Positions 1-9,790 of a stretch of 64,000 nucleotides of DNA are shown one piece after another. Each line of letters starts with the position of its first letter. Positions within the stretch are counted from its first letter, which is position 1. Made by a program: the position numbers and the translations under genes. Under the pieces are notes generated by a model. It had not been told where the DNA came from. It saw only the letters and a list, made by a program, of their open reading frames with translations, and searched no databases. The DNA is from Fimbriimonadales bacterium (GTDB lineage: Bacteria > Armatimonadota > Fimbriimonadia > Fimbriimonadales > GBS-DC), in NCBI GenBank assembly GCA_025061985.1, contig JANXAW010000026.1, forward strand, positions 22,738-86,737, in the 5' to 3' direction.

Positions 1-1
1 T

Positions 2-1003
2 CAGCGCGCGGGCGCCCCAGTATTGCCCGGCACAGAGCATGCCATCCAAACCGAAGACGAGGCAGTTGCGGCAGCGCGTCGCATCGGCTACCCCCTGCTT
101 ATCAAAGCTGCTGCGGGCGGCGGCGGTCGCGGTATCCGGCGCGTGATGAGCGAAGACGACCTTCTCCCTGCTTTACGAATTGCCCAGTCGGAAGCCCAAG
201 CTGCCTTCGGCTCCTCCGATGTCTACCTGGAAAAGTACATCCCCGAACCACGCCATGTCGAGGTACAAATCTTGGCTGACGAGCATGGCAAGGTGTTACA
301 CCTTTACGAGCGCGAATGCTCTGTCCAAACGCCCCGCCACCAGAAAATGATTGAGGAAGCTCCCGCCCCTAACCTCAAGCCCGAAACGCGCGCTGCCCTC
401 GGCGAAGCAGCAGTTAAAGTCGCACAGGCTGTCGGCTACCAAAACGCCGGCACGGTTGAGTTTTTGGTAGATTCGGACGAAAACTTCTACTTTATCGAAA
501 TGAACACACGCCTGCAAGTGGAGCACCCCGTAACGGAAGCAATCACCGGTATTGACATCGTGCAGTGGCAAATCCGTATCGCCGCGGGTGAGCCGCTGCC
601 TTTCGAGCAGCACGAGATACCCATTCACGGACACGCGATCGAAGCACGCCTTACTGCCGAAATCCCAGAGCGGGATTTCACTCCCTCTACGGGGCGGATT
701 AGCGAGTGGACGCCTCCCGGCGGTCCTGGGGTGCGCGTAGACAGCCATCTTTACACAGGCTACGGTGTGCCTCCATACTACGACCCGCTCTTGGCGAAGA
801 TTATTGTGCACGCACCTACCCGCGCAATGGCACTTGCTCGTTTAGAACGCGCCTTGCAGGAAACGCGCATCGCGGGGGTTCATACCTGCCGCGACTTCTT
901 GCTGCGAATCGTGCGCACCGACGAGTTCCGCAAAGGCTTAGTCTCCACGCCATTTGTGCCACGCTTGCTAAGAAGCGATCTTATGGTGGGAGGTGTGCGA
1001 TGA
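2..1003 (+). CDS. accC: Acetyl-CoA carboxylase biotin carboxylase subunit (5' truncated by window edge)
   Basis: ATP-grasp motifs IKAAAGGGGRG, ERECS, FIEMNTRLQVEHPVTE; C-terminal PPYYDPLLAKII. Confidence 0.95.
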   Translation, partial: QRAGAPVLPGTEHAIQTEDEAVAAARRIGYPLLIKAAAGGGGRGIRRVMSEDDLLPALRIAQSEAQAAFGSSDVYLEKYIPEPRHVEVQILADEHGKVLHLYERECSVQTPRHQKMIEEAPAPNLKPETRAALGEAAVKVAQAVGYQNAGTVEFLVDSDENFYFIEMNTRLQVEHPVTEAITGIDIVQWQIRIAAGEPLPFEQHEIPIHGHAIEARLTAEIPERDFTPSTGRISEWTPPGGPGVRVDSHLYTGYGVPPYYDPLLAKIIVHAPTRAMALARLERALQETRIAGVHTCRDFLLRIVRTDEFRKGLVSTPFVPRLLRSDLMVGGVR

Positions 1004-1470
1004 ACGGTAAGCCTACGGGGCGTCGTGCAGCACGAGAGTGGGCGCTGCGTGCACTATACCAAATCGACCTAGGAGGCAAACCCGTAGAGGAAGCTATTGA
1101 GGAAGTACTTAGCGTAGCGGGACTAAGCCCTGAAGATGGTGATGTAGTGCGCGAACTGGTTACGGGGACGGCGCAAGCGCAAGCCACAGAGCTGGATCCC
1201 ATCATTCAGCAGTACGCCCGTGGCTGGACGATTGACCGCATGGCAGTGATAGACCGCAACATCCTGCGCCTTGCGCTCTACGAACTCCGCCACCACCCCG
1301 AGCAACCGTTCAAAGTGGTCATCAATGATGCCATTGAACTCGCCAAAAAATATAGCACCGCCGAATCTGGGCGGTTCGTAAACGGCATCTTAGGAGCGAT
1401 TGTGCGCCAGATGTACCCCGATGAAGCCACTCCCCCACCTAGGGGGGCTAGACCAGCTCGTCCAAAATAA
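1000..1470 (+). CDS. nusB: Transcription antitermination factor NusB
   Basis: RRAAREWALRALYQ, IDRNILRLALYEL, AIELAKKYS...FVNGILG; ATG at 1000 overlaps the accC stop (ATGA) after GGAGG. Confidence 0.93.
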   Translation: MNGKPTGRRAAREWALRALYQIDLGGKPVEEAIEEVLSVAGLSPEDGDVVRELVTGTAQAQATELDPIIQQYARGWTIDRMAVIDRNILRLALYELRHHPEQPFKVVINDAIELAKKYSTAESGRFVNGILGAIVRQMYPDEATPPPRGARPARPK

Positions 1471-1669
1471 GCGTGTCACCAAGCACTTGGTAGAGCTGCT
1501 CTTCGTTGTAGAGGTGCATTTCCTTGAAAAAACCGCCCCAAAGTGGCGGGCACTCGTCGGCGCGCTCGCAGAGCTCTATCCTCATGCTCTTCAATTCCCC
1601 AAGGTCGGCTTCGGTACGCGCTTGTCGCGTTTCGAGCTTATCCATTCGCTCTTCTTTCTGCATGCGCAC
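1448..1669 (-). pseudogene. Short coiled-coil ORF, probable gene remnant
   Basis: 73 aa directly after flhA; RMDKLETRQARTEADLGELK heptad pattern; overlaps the nusB 3' end. Confidence 0.3.
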
Positions 1670-1670
1670 T

Positions 1671-3764
1671 TCAAGCGGCTACTGCGCTGCCGAGTACCTC
1701 CGCCTTCGTTACCTGGCGCATGATTTCGATATCGGTGCGCGGGGCAATCTCGTGATACGCAATCACGTGGATTTGTGGCAGCTCTGTCCCAAGCAGCTTG
1801 CGGATGGGCAGTCGCAAGTTGCCTGCACAGCCCAAGATAGGCAAGTAGCCTTGTGCGGTCATCTGCTGCGCGTGGTGTCCGATGGTGCGCAGCAGGGTGC
1901 GACTGGTTTCCACATCCAAACTGAGTGCGACGCCGTGAGGGGTTTGTTCTACACGCTCGCGTAAGTAGGCTTCTAGCGCGGGTTCAAACACCATTAAGCG
2001 CAGCTTGCCGTCTGGGGATTGCAGGCGATGGGTGATGGTGCGGGCTAGGGCTGCGCGCACGTACTCACCCAACGCTTCCACATCGCGCGTACGCCCAGCA
2101 TGGTCGCCAAGAGTCTCTAAAATGGTGACCAAGTCGCGGATGGGAACACCTTCGCGCAGCAGGTGTTGCAGCACCTTTTGCACCTCGCCTAGTGTCAGCA
2201 GGTCAGGCACGACTTCCTGTACAACCACAGGGTTATGCTCTTTGAGGTTATCCAGCAGCTGCTGTACCTCGGCGCGCCCTAACAGCTCGGCGGCGTGTCG
2301 TCGCACGATCTCGGTAAGATGCGTGGCGACTACTGCGGTCGGCTCTACAACCGTGTAGCCCAACCGTTGGGCATGCTCGCGTTGATGCGGCTCAATCCAG
2401 TAGGCGCGCATCCCAAACACCGGCTCGGTAGTGGGGATGCCCTCGACTGGCAAAGCGTCTGTGGATGGGGGCATCGCCAGCAAGAGGCGTGGCTGCACCT
2501 CCGCCTGAGCCACAACCTCGCCTCGAATCTTGATTTGATATTGCAGTGGGCGCAAGCGCACATTATCGCGCACGCGCACAGAGGGCATCACAAACCCCAG
2601 CTCGGTTGCCAACTGACGACGAATAGCTGCGATCCGCTCCAGCAGATCACCCTTCTGGTTGGGGTCTACCAGCGCCATCAGCCCGTAGCCGATCTCCAGC
2701 TCAATCGCGTCCACTTTGAGCAGTGGTAGCACGGCTTCAGGACCTGTGGGGGGCGGCGGTGCGCTCTCTGGCTGGGGCTTTTCGGGTTCTGCAGGGGGCA
2801 ACAAGTTCACTCGGCTCGCCAAGTAGCCCAACCCAAACAACGCCCCTCCCACCACCAGAAACTGTAGCTTGGGAAAGCCAGGCACTAATGCCAGCAGTGC
2901 CACCGCTCCTCCAGCTCCCATCAGCACGCGCGGATACTGCAACACCTGCGCCGCTAAGTCTTGACCCATAGCTTGGTCAGTAGAGGCGCGGGTCACCATC
3001 AAGCCTGTGGCAGTGGAAATCAGCACGGCGGGTATCTGCGCCACCAAACCCTCGCCCACCGTGAGCAGTGTGTAGGTTCGAAGCACAGTGAGGGCATCCC
3101 CCTGCCCGCGCAGGAAGCCTACCGCAAAGCCTCCAATGATGTTGATGAGCATAATCAGCACGGCAGCGATCGCATCGCCCCTGACGAACTTGCTGGCACC
3201 GTCCATCGCTCCATAAAAGTCGGCTTCCAACTCAATCGCGCGACGGCGTCGCCTCGCCTCTTCTTGGTCAATTAGCCCTGCATTTAAGTCGGCGTCGATC
3301 GCCATCTGCTTGCCTGGCATCGCATCCAGCGTGAAGCGTGCTGCCACCTCTGCCACGCGCCCTGCCCCGTTTGTGATCACTACAAACTGCACCACCACCA
3401 AAATCAAAAACGCCACCACCCCCACCACAAAATCGCCGCCCACTACGAACTGCCCAAAGGTTTCAATCACCCTCCCTGCGTCCCCCGTGCCCAAGATCAG
3501 CTTAGTAGCGGCGATGCTGAGCCCGAGACGAAACAATGTGGCAATCAGTAGCAATGCTGGAAACACTGAAAACTGCAGCGGGTTGGTAATGTTGACCGCC
3601 ATAAATGCGATCACAATTGAGGCTGCGAAGTTGAACACAATGCACGTATCCAGCAGCCACTTGGGGATGGGCAAAATGAGGATGGAGATTACGACCAAAA
3701 TCGCAAGCGCGATTAGCAAATCGGAATGTCGCAGCGCCCGCGATAACCAGCTCGCCCACGCCAT
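1671..3764 (-). CDS. flhA: Flagellar export apparatus protein FlhA
   Basis: FHIPEP motifs RVAEVAARFTLDAMPGKQMAIDADL and FYGAMDGASKFVRGDAIA; N-terminal TM segments; 697 aa. Confidence 0.95.
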   Translation of the reverse strand: MAWASWLSRALRHSDLLIALAILVVISILILPIPKWLLDTCIVFNFAASIVIAFMAVNITNPLQFSVFPALLLIATLFRLGLSIAATKLILGTGDAGRVIETFGQFVVGGDFVVGVVAFLILVVVQFVVITNGAGRVAEVAARFTLDAMPGKQMAIDADLNAGLIDQEEARRRRRAIELEADFYGAMDGASKFVRGDAIAAVLIMLINIIGGFAVGFLRGQGDALTVLRTYTLLTVGEGLVAQIPAVLISTATGLMVTRASTDQAMGQDLAAQVLQYPRVLMGAGGAVALLALVPGFPKLQFLVVGGALFGLGYLASRVNLLPPAEPEKPQPESAPPPPTGPEAVLPLLKVDAIELEIGYGLMALVDPNQKGDLLERIAAIRRQLATELGFVMPSVRVRDNVRLRPLQYQIKIRGEVVAQAEVQPRLLLAMPPSTDALPVEGIPTTEPVFGMRAYWIEPHQREHAQRLGYTVVEPTAVVATHLTEIVRRHAAELLGRAEVQQLLDNLKEHNPVVVQEVVPDLLTLGEVQKVLQHLLREGVPIRDLVTILETLGDHAGRTRDVEALGEYVRAALARTITHRLQSPDGKLRLMVFEPALEAYLRERVEQTPHGVALSLDVETSRTLLRTIGHHAQQMTAQGYLPILGCAGNLRLPIRKLLGTELPQIHVIAYHEIAPRTDIEIMRQVTKAEVLGSAVAA

Positions 3765-3816
3765 ACGGCGAAATTGTCGGCGTAGGCGAGCTATTTTTGC
3801 AGGGAACCCGAATGCG

Positions 3817-5097
3817 CTACGGATAGATACCGCGGATGATAGTCGCTTCGGCTACGCGCTTGACGCCAATGATGTATGCGCCCATCCGCAGGTTCACTTT
3901 GTTTTGCTCTGCTGTTTGCGCCACGTGTTGGTAGCTGCGGCGCATCGCTTTTTCTAGCTTCTGGTTGACTTCCTCCTCTTCCCAGAAGAAGGACTGCAGG
4001 TCTTGCACCCACTCGAAGTAGGACACCAACACGCCGCCAGCGTTCGCCAGGATATCTGGCACAACCAGCACGCCTTTGTCGTCGAGGATTTCGTCAGCAT
4101 CGGGGGTCACGGGGCCGTTTGCGGCTTCTACAATAACGCGTGCCTTGATGCGGTCAGCGTTCGCGCTGGTGATTACACCGTGCAAAGCAGCGGGTACTAA
4201 CACATCGCAGGGCAATTCCAAAAGCTCCTCGTTGGTGATATGGTCGGCGTCGCGGTAGGCTTGTAGACAGCCGTCGCGTCCGGCGCAGTGGAGGAGAGAG
4301 GGGATATCTAATCCGTTGGGGTTGTAGATCCCGCCGCGCACGTCGGAGACGGCGATAACTTTCGCCCCCGCTTGGTGCATCAGTTTAGCAGTGGAGGAGC
4401 CGACGTTGCCAAAGCCTTGGATCACAACGCGCGCGCCATCCAGCCGACGCCCGATTTGTTGCAACGCTTGGTCAGCCACTACCATTACCCCGCGCCCCGT
4501 CGCTTCCAGTCGCCCCTCCGAGCCACCGATTGGGATGGGCTTACCTGTCACGACGGCAGGCACTGTGTACCCCTTGTGCATAGAGTAGGTGTCCATAATC
4601 CACGCCATCACTTGGGGGTTGGTTCCCACATCGGGCGCGGGCACATCCGACTCAGGACCGATTAGCATCGAAATCTCGGTAATGTAGCGGCGGGTGAGGT
4701 TTTCCAGCTCGTGGATAGACAGGCGCTTGGGGTCGCAAACGACGCCGCCTTTGGCGCCGCTGTAGGGAATGTTGACCACCGCGCATTTCCAAGTCATCCA
4801 CATCGCCAGCGCGCGCACTTCGTCTAACGTGACCTCAGGGTGGTAGCGGATGCCACCCTTGGCTGGACCGCGGGCTGGGTTGTGGTGCACACGGTAGCCT
4901 GTGAACACGCGAATGGAACCGTCATCCATTTTGACGGGGAAATTCACGGTTAGCTCACGACGGGGGCGTTTGAGGATCTCCAGCAGGCTGCGGTCAAGGT
5001 TTAGGTAGTGCGCAGCAGCTTCTAATTGGCGGATAGCTATGGCGTATGCACTGCGCTCGTCCGTGCGGTGTTGTTGATCCGTCGCCATCTGCGCCAT
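3817..5097 (-). CDS. gdhA: Glutamate dehydrogenase (Glu/Leu/Phe/Val dehydrogenase family)
   Basis: [48 protein letters not shown]. Confidence 0.93.
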   Translation of the reverse strand: MAQMATDQQHRTDERSAYAIAIRQLEAAAHYLNLDRSLLEILKRPRRELTVNFPVKMDDGSIRVFTGYRVHHNPARGPAKGGIRYHPEVTLDEVRALAMWMTWKCAVVNIPYSGAKGGVVCDPKRLSIHELENLTRRYITEISMLIGPESDVPAPDVGTNPQVMAWIMDTYSMHKGYTVPAVVTGKPIPIGGSEGRLEATGRGVMVVADQALQQIGRRLDGARVVIQGFGNVGSSTAKLMHQAGAKVIAVSDVRGGIYNPNGLDIPSLLHCAGRDGCLQAYRDADHITNEELLELPCDVLVPAALHGVITSANADRIKARVIVEAANGPVTPDADEILDDKGVLVVPDILANAGGVLVSYFEWVQDLQSFFWEEEEVNQKLEKAMRRSYQHVAQTAEQNKVNLRMGAYIIGVKRVAEATIIRGIYP

Positions 5098-5132
5098 TGC
5101 AGTGATGCCTCCTTATCTGTGTATACCGCACT

Positions 5133-5708
5133 TCATTGCCTGGTGTTCCATAGATACAACCCTTCGTCGGGTTCAGGTGGTAAAATGCGCCGAACCAGCC
5201 AATAAGCGGGAACCGCCAACGCAATATTATACACCATGCTCCCCAACGTTGCTTGCCAGAATGCGCCACTTCCAAGGCTCGGGGCAGCGAAGTAGTAAAG
5301 CGTTTGGCTAAGAAGGTTCAGCGCTGCCACAGCAGGTACTACGCTGAGCCAGTGCCGATTTGAGATGAGCATCGGTAGGTGTGCCACAGCGGTTGCTGCT
5401 AACACACGGCTTATGATAAGGCTCCCCACTGTTTGCTCCAGCATACTGGCATGTAGTAGCCCGGTAAAAAAGCCTGCCCACGCAGCCGTATTCGGATTCG
5501 TAAGCAGTGCTAAGCATCCCAGCACTAACAGGGGGAAGTCGGGCGTGGCGCTACCTATTTGCATGCGTGGCGCCCACACGCCTTGAGCTATCGCTGCCAG
5601 CCACACCAGTCCCAGCCAGCGTAACGTCCGCTGCAGGCGCCCTGAAAGCAGTAAGTGCGTGAGCCAGTGGAAGCGAATGCGCGAATAGTCAGGGTATGGC
5701 GGTGTAAT
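5133..5708 (-). CDS. mreD: Rod shape-determining protein MreD-like membrane protein (start uncertain: ATT at 5708 or GTG at 5606)
   Basis: Multi-TM protein with PDFPLL, AGFFTGLL and late MVYN motif typical of MreD; frame open upstream to an ATT 8 nt after AGGAGG. Confidence 0.6.
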   Translation of the reverse strand: MTPPYPDYSRIRFHWLTHLLLSGRLQRTLRWLGLVWLAAIAQGVWAPRMQIGSATPDFPLLVLGCLALLTNPNTAAWAGFFTGLLHASMLEQTVGSLIISRVLAATAVAHLPMLISNRHWLSVVPAVAALNLLSQTLYYFAAPSLGSGAFWQATLGSMVYNIALAVPAYWLVRRILPPEPDEGLYLWNTRQ

Positions 5709-5726
5709 CGCTTTTCCCTCCTGCCT

Positions 5727-6521
5727 CTACGTGCCGTTGGTAGCGCTTGTGTCGCCGCGCTGGGTTGCTTGGAGCTTGCGCTCTAGCTCCTCCAGCTCAC
5801 GAAGCGCGTCCGACTCTTCGACTGCGCTGGTAGTCGTAGCTTCGGCGGGGCGTAGTCCCAGGCGTTGTTCGATCCTTGCCAGCTCTTGCTCTGCCTCGTA
5901 GTCAAGTTGGGCATCTTGTAAGGCGGCCAGCCGCCCTTGCAGGCTCTGCGCTGCCATTTCTTGGCGCGCCGCTGCCTCAGCCTCTGCCCGCTGAATGCGT
6001 TGCTCTGCTGCGCTCCAAACGGATTCGAGGTTTTCAATGGTGATGCCCTCTAGCGCCTTGTTGATAGCGTTTTGGATTTGGGCTTGCTTCCAGCGGGCTT
6101 TCATCGCCAACGCTTGCGCGGTCTTGACCCGCACCTCCTCCTCTTGGCGACGGATTGCCAGCTTGATGGACTCTACGGTCTCAATGGCTTGCTGCAGCGA
6201 GGCGCGCATGCTCTGCAGAGCGCCTTCTTGTGCTTTCTTTTCGCGGATAAGTTGCAGGGCAAGGTCGCGCTTGCCGTGTTGCAGGGCAAGTTCGGCTTTG
6301 CGCTCTAAGTCGCGCACGGTGCGCTCTAGCTTTTCCACTTCGGCTTGCAGAATGTTCTTTTGCGTGATTGCTTGGATGGCGCGTTCGCGGTTGCGTGCGA
6401 GGGTCTCTTGCATCTCACGCCGCGCTTGATCCAATAGCACCTCAGGGTCTTCCAACTGCTCTACCTTGCCCGTTAGCCACGCAACGAGATAGCGCCACAG
6501 TCGTGCCAGTGCCTTGAACAT
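5727..6521 (-). CDS. pspA: PspA/IM30 family protein
   Basis: N-terminal amphipathic helix, EDPEVLLDQARREMQE, long coiled coil with AELALQHGKRDLALQ. Confidence 0.85.
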   Translation of the reverse strand: MFKALARLWRYLVAWLTGKVEQLEDPEVLLDQARREMQETLARNRERAIQAITQKNILQAEVEKLERTVRDLERKAELALQHGKRDLALQLIREKKAQEGALQSMRASLQQAIETVESIKLAIRRQEEEVRVKTAQALAMKARWKQAQIQNAINKALEGITIENLESVWSAAEQRIQRAEAEAAARQEMAAQSLQGRLAALQDAQLDYEAEQELARIEQRLGLRPAEATTTSAVEESDALRELEELERKLQATQRGDTSATNGT

Positions 6522-6572
6522 CGTTGGATGCCCCCTGTTGGTTAGCAGAGTGAAGTGTACCCAATTGCTGTT

Positions 6573-7247
6573 TCACAGAGCATCTTTAGAGCGTAGGAGG
6601 GCGCGCCCCATCACGACGAAATCTGCCCCCCACCGCAAGGCTTGCTCAGGAGTAGCGACCCGTTTCTGGTCGTGCGCAGGGCTGCCCACGGGGCGCACTC
6701 CCGGCGTGATAATCAGAAACTCTGGAGGCAAGTGGCGACGAAGCAGGCGCACCTCCAAGGGCGAAGCAACTACGCCGTCTAATCCTGCTTGTAGCGCCAG
6801 CTTTGCTAGGCGCAGTGTTTGCGCACGCGGAGCGCGGGGAATGCCCATCGCGTGCAAGGCAGGTGCGTCCAAGCTAGTCAGCACTGTCACCCCAATCAGA
6901 AGCGGGCGATGGGGCAAGTCGCTTAGCGCTGTGCGCGCCGCTTCCAACATCGCTACTCCACCCATAACGTGGAGCGTGAGCATCCATACCCCAAACTCCG
7001 CTGCTTGGCGCACCGCCTGCGCCACTACATTTGGTATGTCGTGGAACTTGAGGTCTAAAAAGATGCGTTCTGCCCCCGCCTCATGCAAGGTGTGAATCAC
7101 AGGCAAGCCATGCGCGAGATGCAGCACGCTCCCAACCTTATACGCATACACCTTATCGCGGTACTGCTGCACCCAGTCGCACGCCTGACCTATGTTGGGC
7201 GTGTCTAAGGCGAGAATCGTGCGCTGCGCTACCGATCCATTACCCAT
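6573..7247 (-). CDS. pyrF: Orotidine-5'-phosphate decarboxylase
   Basis: FLDLKFHDIPN, VTVLTS, TPGVRP...DQKRVATP, VMGR. Confidence 0.95.
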   Translation of the reverse strand: MGNGSVAQRTILALDTPNIGQACDWVQQYRDKVYAYKVGSVLHLAHGLPVIHTLHEAGAERIFLDLKFHDIPNVVAQAVRQAAEFGVWMLTLHVMGGVAMLEAARTALSDLPHRPLLIGVTVLTSLDAPALHAMGIPRAPRAQTLRLAKLALQAGLDGVVASPLEVRLLRRHLPPEFLIITPGVRPVGSPAHDQKRVATPEQALRWGADFVVMGRALLRSKDAL

Positions 7248-7250
7248 TCT

Positions 7251-7772
7251 TCACCCTTTGCTGGCGCGGATGGCTTTTTGCAACTCAGCTTCCAGCTTGC
7301 GCCCAATCGCTGGCGCATAGCCTACCTGCACGAATTGGATTTTGCCCTGAGCATCAATGATCACAAAGGTTGGGATGCCACTCACACGATAGGCTTTGGC
7401 AACAGCCCCATCCTTGTCCAGGAGCACTGTAAAGTCGTAGTTGTTTCGCTGCATAAAAGCGCGCACCCTCTCCTCGCTCTCCCGCAAGTTGATGGTGAGG
7501 ATATGGGCCTCCTCGCCGTACTTTTTCGCCAGCTGTTGCGTATGGGGTAAAGCAGCCCGGCATGGGCCGCACCATGTCGCCCAGAAATCCAAGTACACGG
7601 GTTTACCACGCAGTTTGCTCAGCTCTACTTCCGTGCCGTCTAGCGAGGTGAGCTTGAAGTTGGGGGCTTCGCTGCCGATTGGCAGCGTTTCCTCTTCCTG
7701 CTGGAACACAGCGTACGCACTGCCAAGCACCACTGCGCCCAGCATTAGCCCTATCCAGAACCGCTTGCTCAT
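7251..7772 (-). CDS. TlpA/ResA-like thiol-disulfide oxidoreductase
   Basis: N-terminal signal anchor, DFWATWCGPC, GIPT; start ATG at 7772 after GGAGG. Confidence 0.88.
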   Translation of the reverse strand: MSKRFWIGLMLGAVVLGSAYAVFQQEEETLPIGSEAPNFKLTSLDGTEVELSKLRGKPVYLDFWATWCGPCRAALPHTQQLAKKYGEEAHILTINLRESEERVRAFMQRNNYDFTVLLDKDGAVAKAYRVSGIPTFVIIDAQGKIQFVQVGYAPAIGRKLEAELQKAIRASKG

Positions 7773-7909
7773 CTTGGTACGCCTCCGGCGATAGAGTATA
7801 CCGCTTGCGCAACGGGAGTAGCCTTGCAACTCACGCGGAGCGCAAAAAGCGGAATGCCACGCTTGGTGCTAGGAGTGTGGAATAACGCTTTGGAGGCGCT
7901 GCGGGCAGC

Positions 7910-8785
7910 ATGACCACCATTATAGGCTTCGTCGTTGTATTTGGGGCAGTGTTCGGCGGCTTTATTATGCACGGCGGGAAGATTGCCGCCCTGATTCAGG
8001 TTTCGGAGTTCGTGATCATCGGTGGCGCGGGGTTGGGTGCCCTAATTGCTTCTAACCCTCCCAGCGTTATCGCAGGAATTGTCAGGGGCGTCTTGGGTTT
8101 GCTCAAGGGCAGCCCCTATAGCAAGAAAGAGACCTTCTTGGAGCTGCTTCGCGCTCTGTTTGCCCTGTTCACCTTAGCCCGCAAGGAGGGGCTGCTGGCG
8201 TTGGAGCAGCATGTGGAACGCCCGCACGAAAGCTCGCTATTCCAGCAGTTCCCTTTCCTTTCCAGCAATCACCACGCGCTGAATTTCTTGTGCGACACGA
8301 TGAAAGTGGTGCTTTCGGGGGCAGTCGGCGCGTTTGAGCTGGCAGAACTCACCGAAGCCGATCTTGAAAAGCACCATGAGGAGGCAATGCGTCCCTCGCA
8401 CGCCCTCAGCAAAATCGGCGATGCGATGCCAGGTTTTGGAATCGTCGCAGCTGTGTTGGGCGTTGTCATCACGATGGGTTACCTAGACCAAGGTCCCGAA
8501 ACGATTGGACAGAAGGTCGCAGCCGCGCTGGTAGGCACTTTCCTAGGCGTGCTACTGGCATACGGCGTGTTTCAGCCACTGGCTATGGCGCTAGAGCACC
8601 AAGCTCACGCCGAAGCGCAGTATTACCAGTGCATTCGTCAGGCGTTGATTGCGTTTGCACGAGGCGATGCCCCACTAACTTGCATTGAGTTCGCGCGGCG
8701 CAGCATTGAGCCCCATGTGCGCCCCTCCTTCCAAGAGATGGAGGAAGCGGTGAAAGGCGGTGGCAGCGTCGCACAAGCCGCCTAA
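7910..8785 (+). CDS. motA: Flagellar motor stator protein MotA
   Basis: ARKEGLLALE, PGFGIVAAVLG, ALVGTFLGVLLAYG, IEFARR. Confidence 0.95.
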   Translation: MTTIIGFVVVFGAVFGGFIMHGGKIAALIQVSEFVIIGGAGLGALIASNPPSVIAGIVRGVLGLLKGSPYSKKETFLELLRALFALFTLARKEGLLALEQHVERPHESSLFQQFPFLSSNHHALNFLCDTMKVVLSGAVGAFELAELTEADLEKHHEEAMRPSHALSKIGDAMPGFGIVAAVLGVVITMGYLDQGPETIGQKVAAALVGTFLGVLLAYGVFQPLAMALEHQAHAEAQYYQCIRQALIAFARGDAPLTCIEFARRSIEPHVRPSFQEMEEAVKGGGSVAQAA

Positions 8786-8801
8786 CCGCAGGAGGTTGCC
8801 A

Positions 8802-9641
8802 ATGGCAAAGAATGGCGGTAGCGAGATCCGCATCATAAAGAAGAAAAACGGTGGGCACGGGCATCATGGGGGCGCGTGGAAAGTCGCCTACGCCGACTTC
8901 GTCACTGCAATGATGGCTTTCTTCTTGGTGATGTGGCTCATCGGCTTAGACGCGAAAACGCGCGCTGCCATCGCTGCCTACTTTCGCGACCCTGTGGGCT
9001 TTATGGAAGCAGTGCGCAGAAGCGAAGCTATTTTCACCATCAACGATGCCCTACCCCCCGGCGGTAAAAACACACCCCATATGCCACGCGCCCCCAAAGA
9101 CGGCAACCCTCGCCCGACTAAAGATCGCAAAACCGAACGTCGGGCGCTGGAGCAACTCAGGCGTGAGTTGGAAGGCGCTATAGCAAGCATTCCCGAACTC
9201 GCTCACCTCAAAGACCACGTGGAAATCGAGTTTGTCAAGGAGGGGCTGCGGATTGAGCTGCTGGAGGGCAAGGAGCCGATGTTCTTTCGGACGGGCAGCG
9301 CGCAGCTCACGCCTGCTGCACGTCGCCTGCTGACCCTTATCGCCCAAAAACTTGGCAAACTGGACAACCACATCGTGGTGGAAGGGCACACTGATGCCCA
9401 GCCCTATCGCGCGGGTGCGCACTACACCAACTGGGAACTGTCTACCGACCGTGCAAACGCCGCGCGGCGCGTGTTGGAAAGCTCTGGACTGCGCAAGGGG
9501 CAAGTCTTGGAAGTACGCGGCTACGCCGATACACGCCCCCGAAACCCCTACGACCCCTTCCACTACTCCAATCGGCGTGTGTCGCTACTGATTCCCTACC
9601 TCTCTAAGGAGGAGGCTGAGTCTCTCAAAAGCGTTCCGTGA
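8802..9641 (+). CDS. motB: Flagellar motor stator protein MotB
   Basis: WKVAYADFVTAMMAFFLVMWL (conserved Asp); OmpA-like EGHTD, NWELSTDRA, NRRV; ATG at 8802 after GGAGG. Confidence 0.95.
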   Translation: MAKNGGSEIRIIKKKNGGHGHHGGAWKVAYADFVTAMMAFFLVMWLIGLDAKTRAAIAAYFRDPVGFMEAVRRSEAIFTINDALPPGGKNTPHMPRAPKDGNPRPTKDRKTERRALEQLRRELEGAIASIPELAHLKDHVEIEFVKEGLRIELLEGKEPMFFRTGSAQLTPAARRLLTLIAQKLGKLDNHIVVEGHTDAQPYRAGAHYTNWELSTDRANAARRVLESSGLRKGQVLEVRGYADTRPRNPYDPFHYSNRRVSLLIPYLSKEEAESLKSVP

Positions 9642-9698
9642 CGCCTCAAAATGGCTTGCGTAAACGGGTTCTGTCTGCAATGGGGCTTTTCGCTTCGA

Positions 9699-9724
9699 GG
9701 GGGCGGTTGCTACCCCCGCTTTTT
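9699..9724 (+). terminator. Possible intrinsic terminator after motAB
   Basis: GGGGG-CGGTTGCTA-CCCCC hairpin followed by GCTTTTT. Confidence 0.45.
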
Positions 9725-9790
9725 GTCCGCAGCACACCAATGTTGGGGGAGAGGCACAGCTGCTCAAAGGCTTCTCGCCTAGCAAGCCCG

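Noticed and set aside
5133-6521. pspA-mreD stop-codon readthrough fusion (same frame, a single TAG between them)
   Set aside because: One-in-three chance coincidence; a strong SD plus ATT after the stop explains it more simply.
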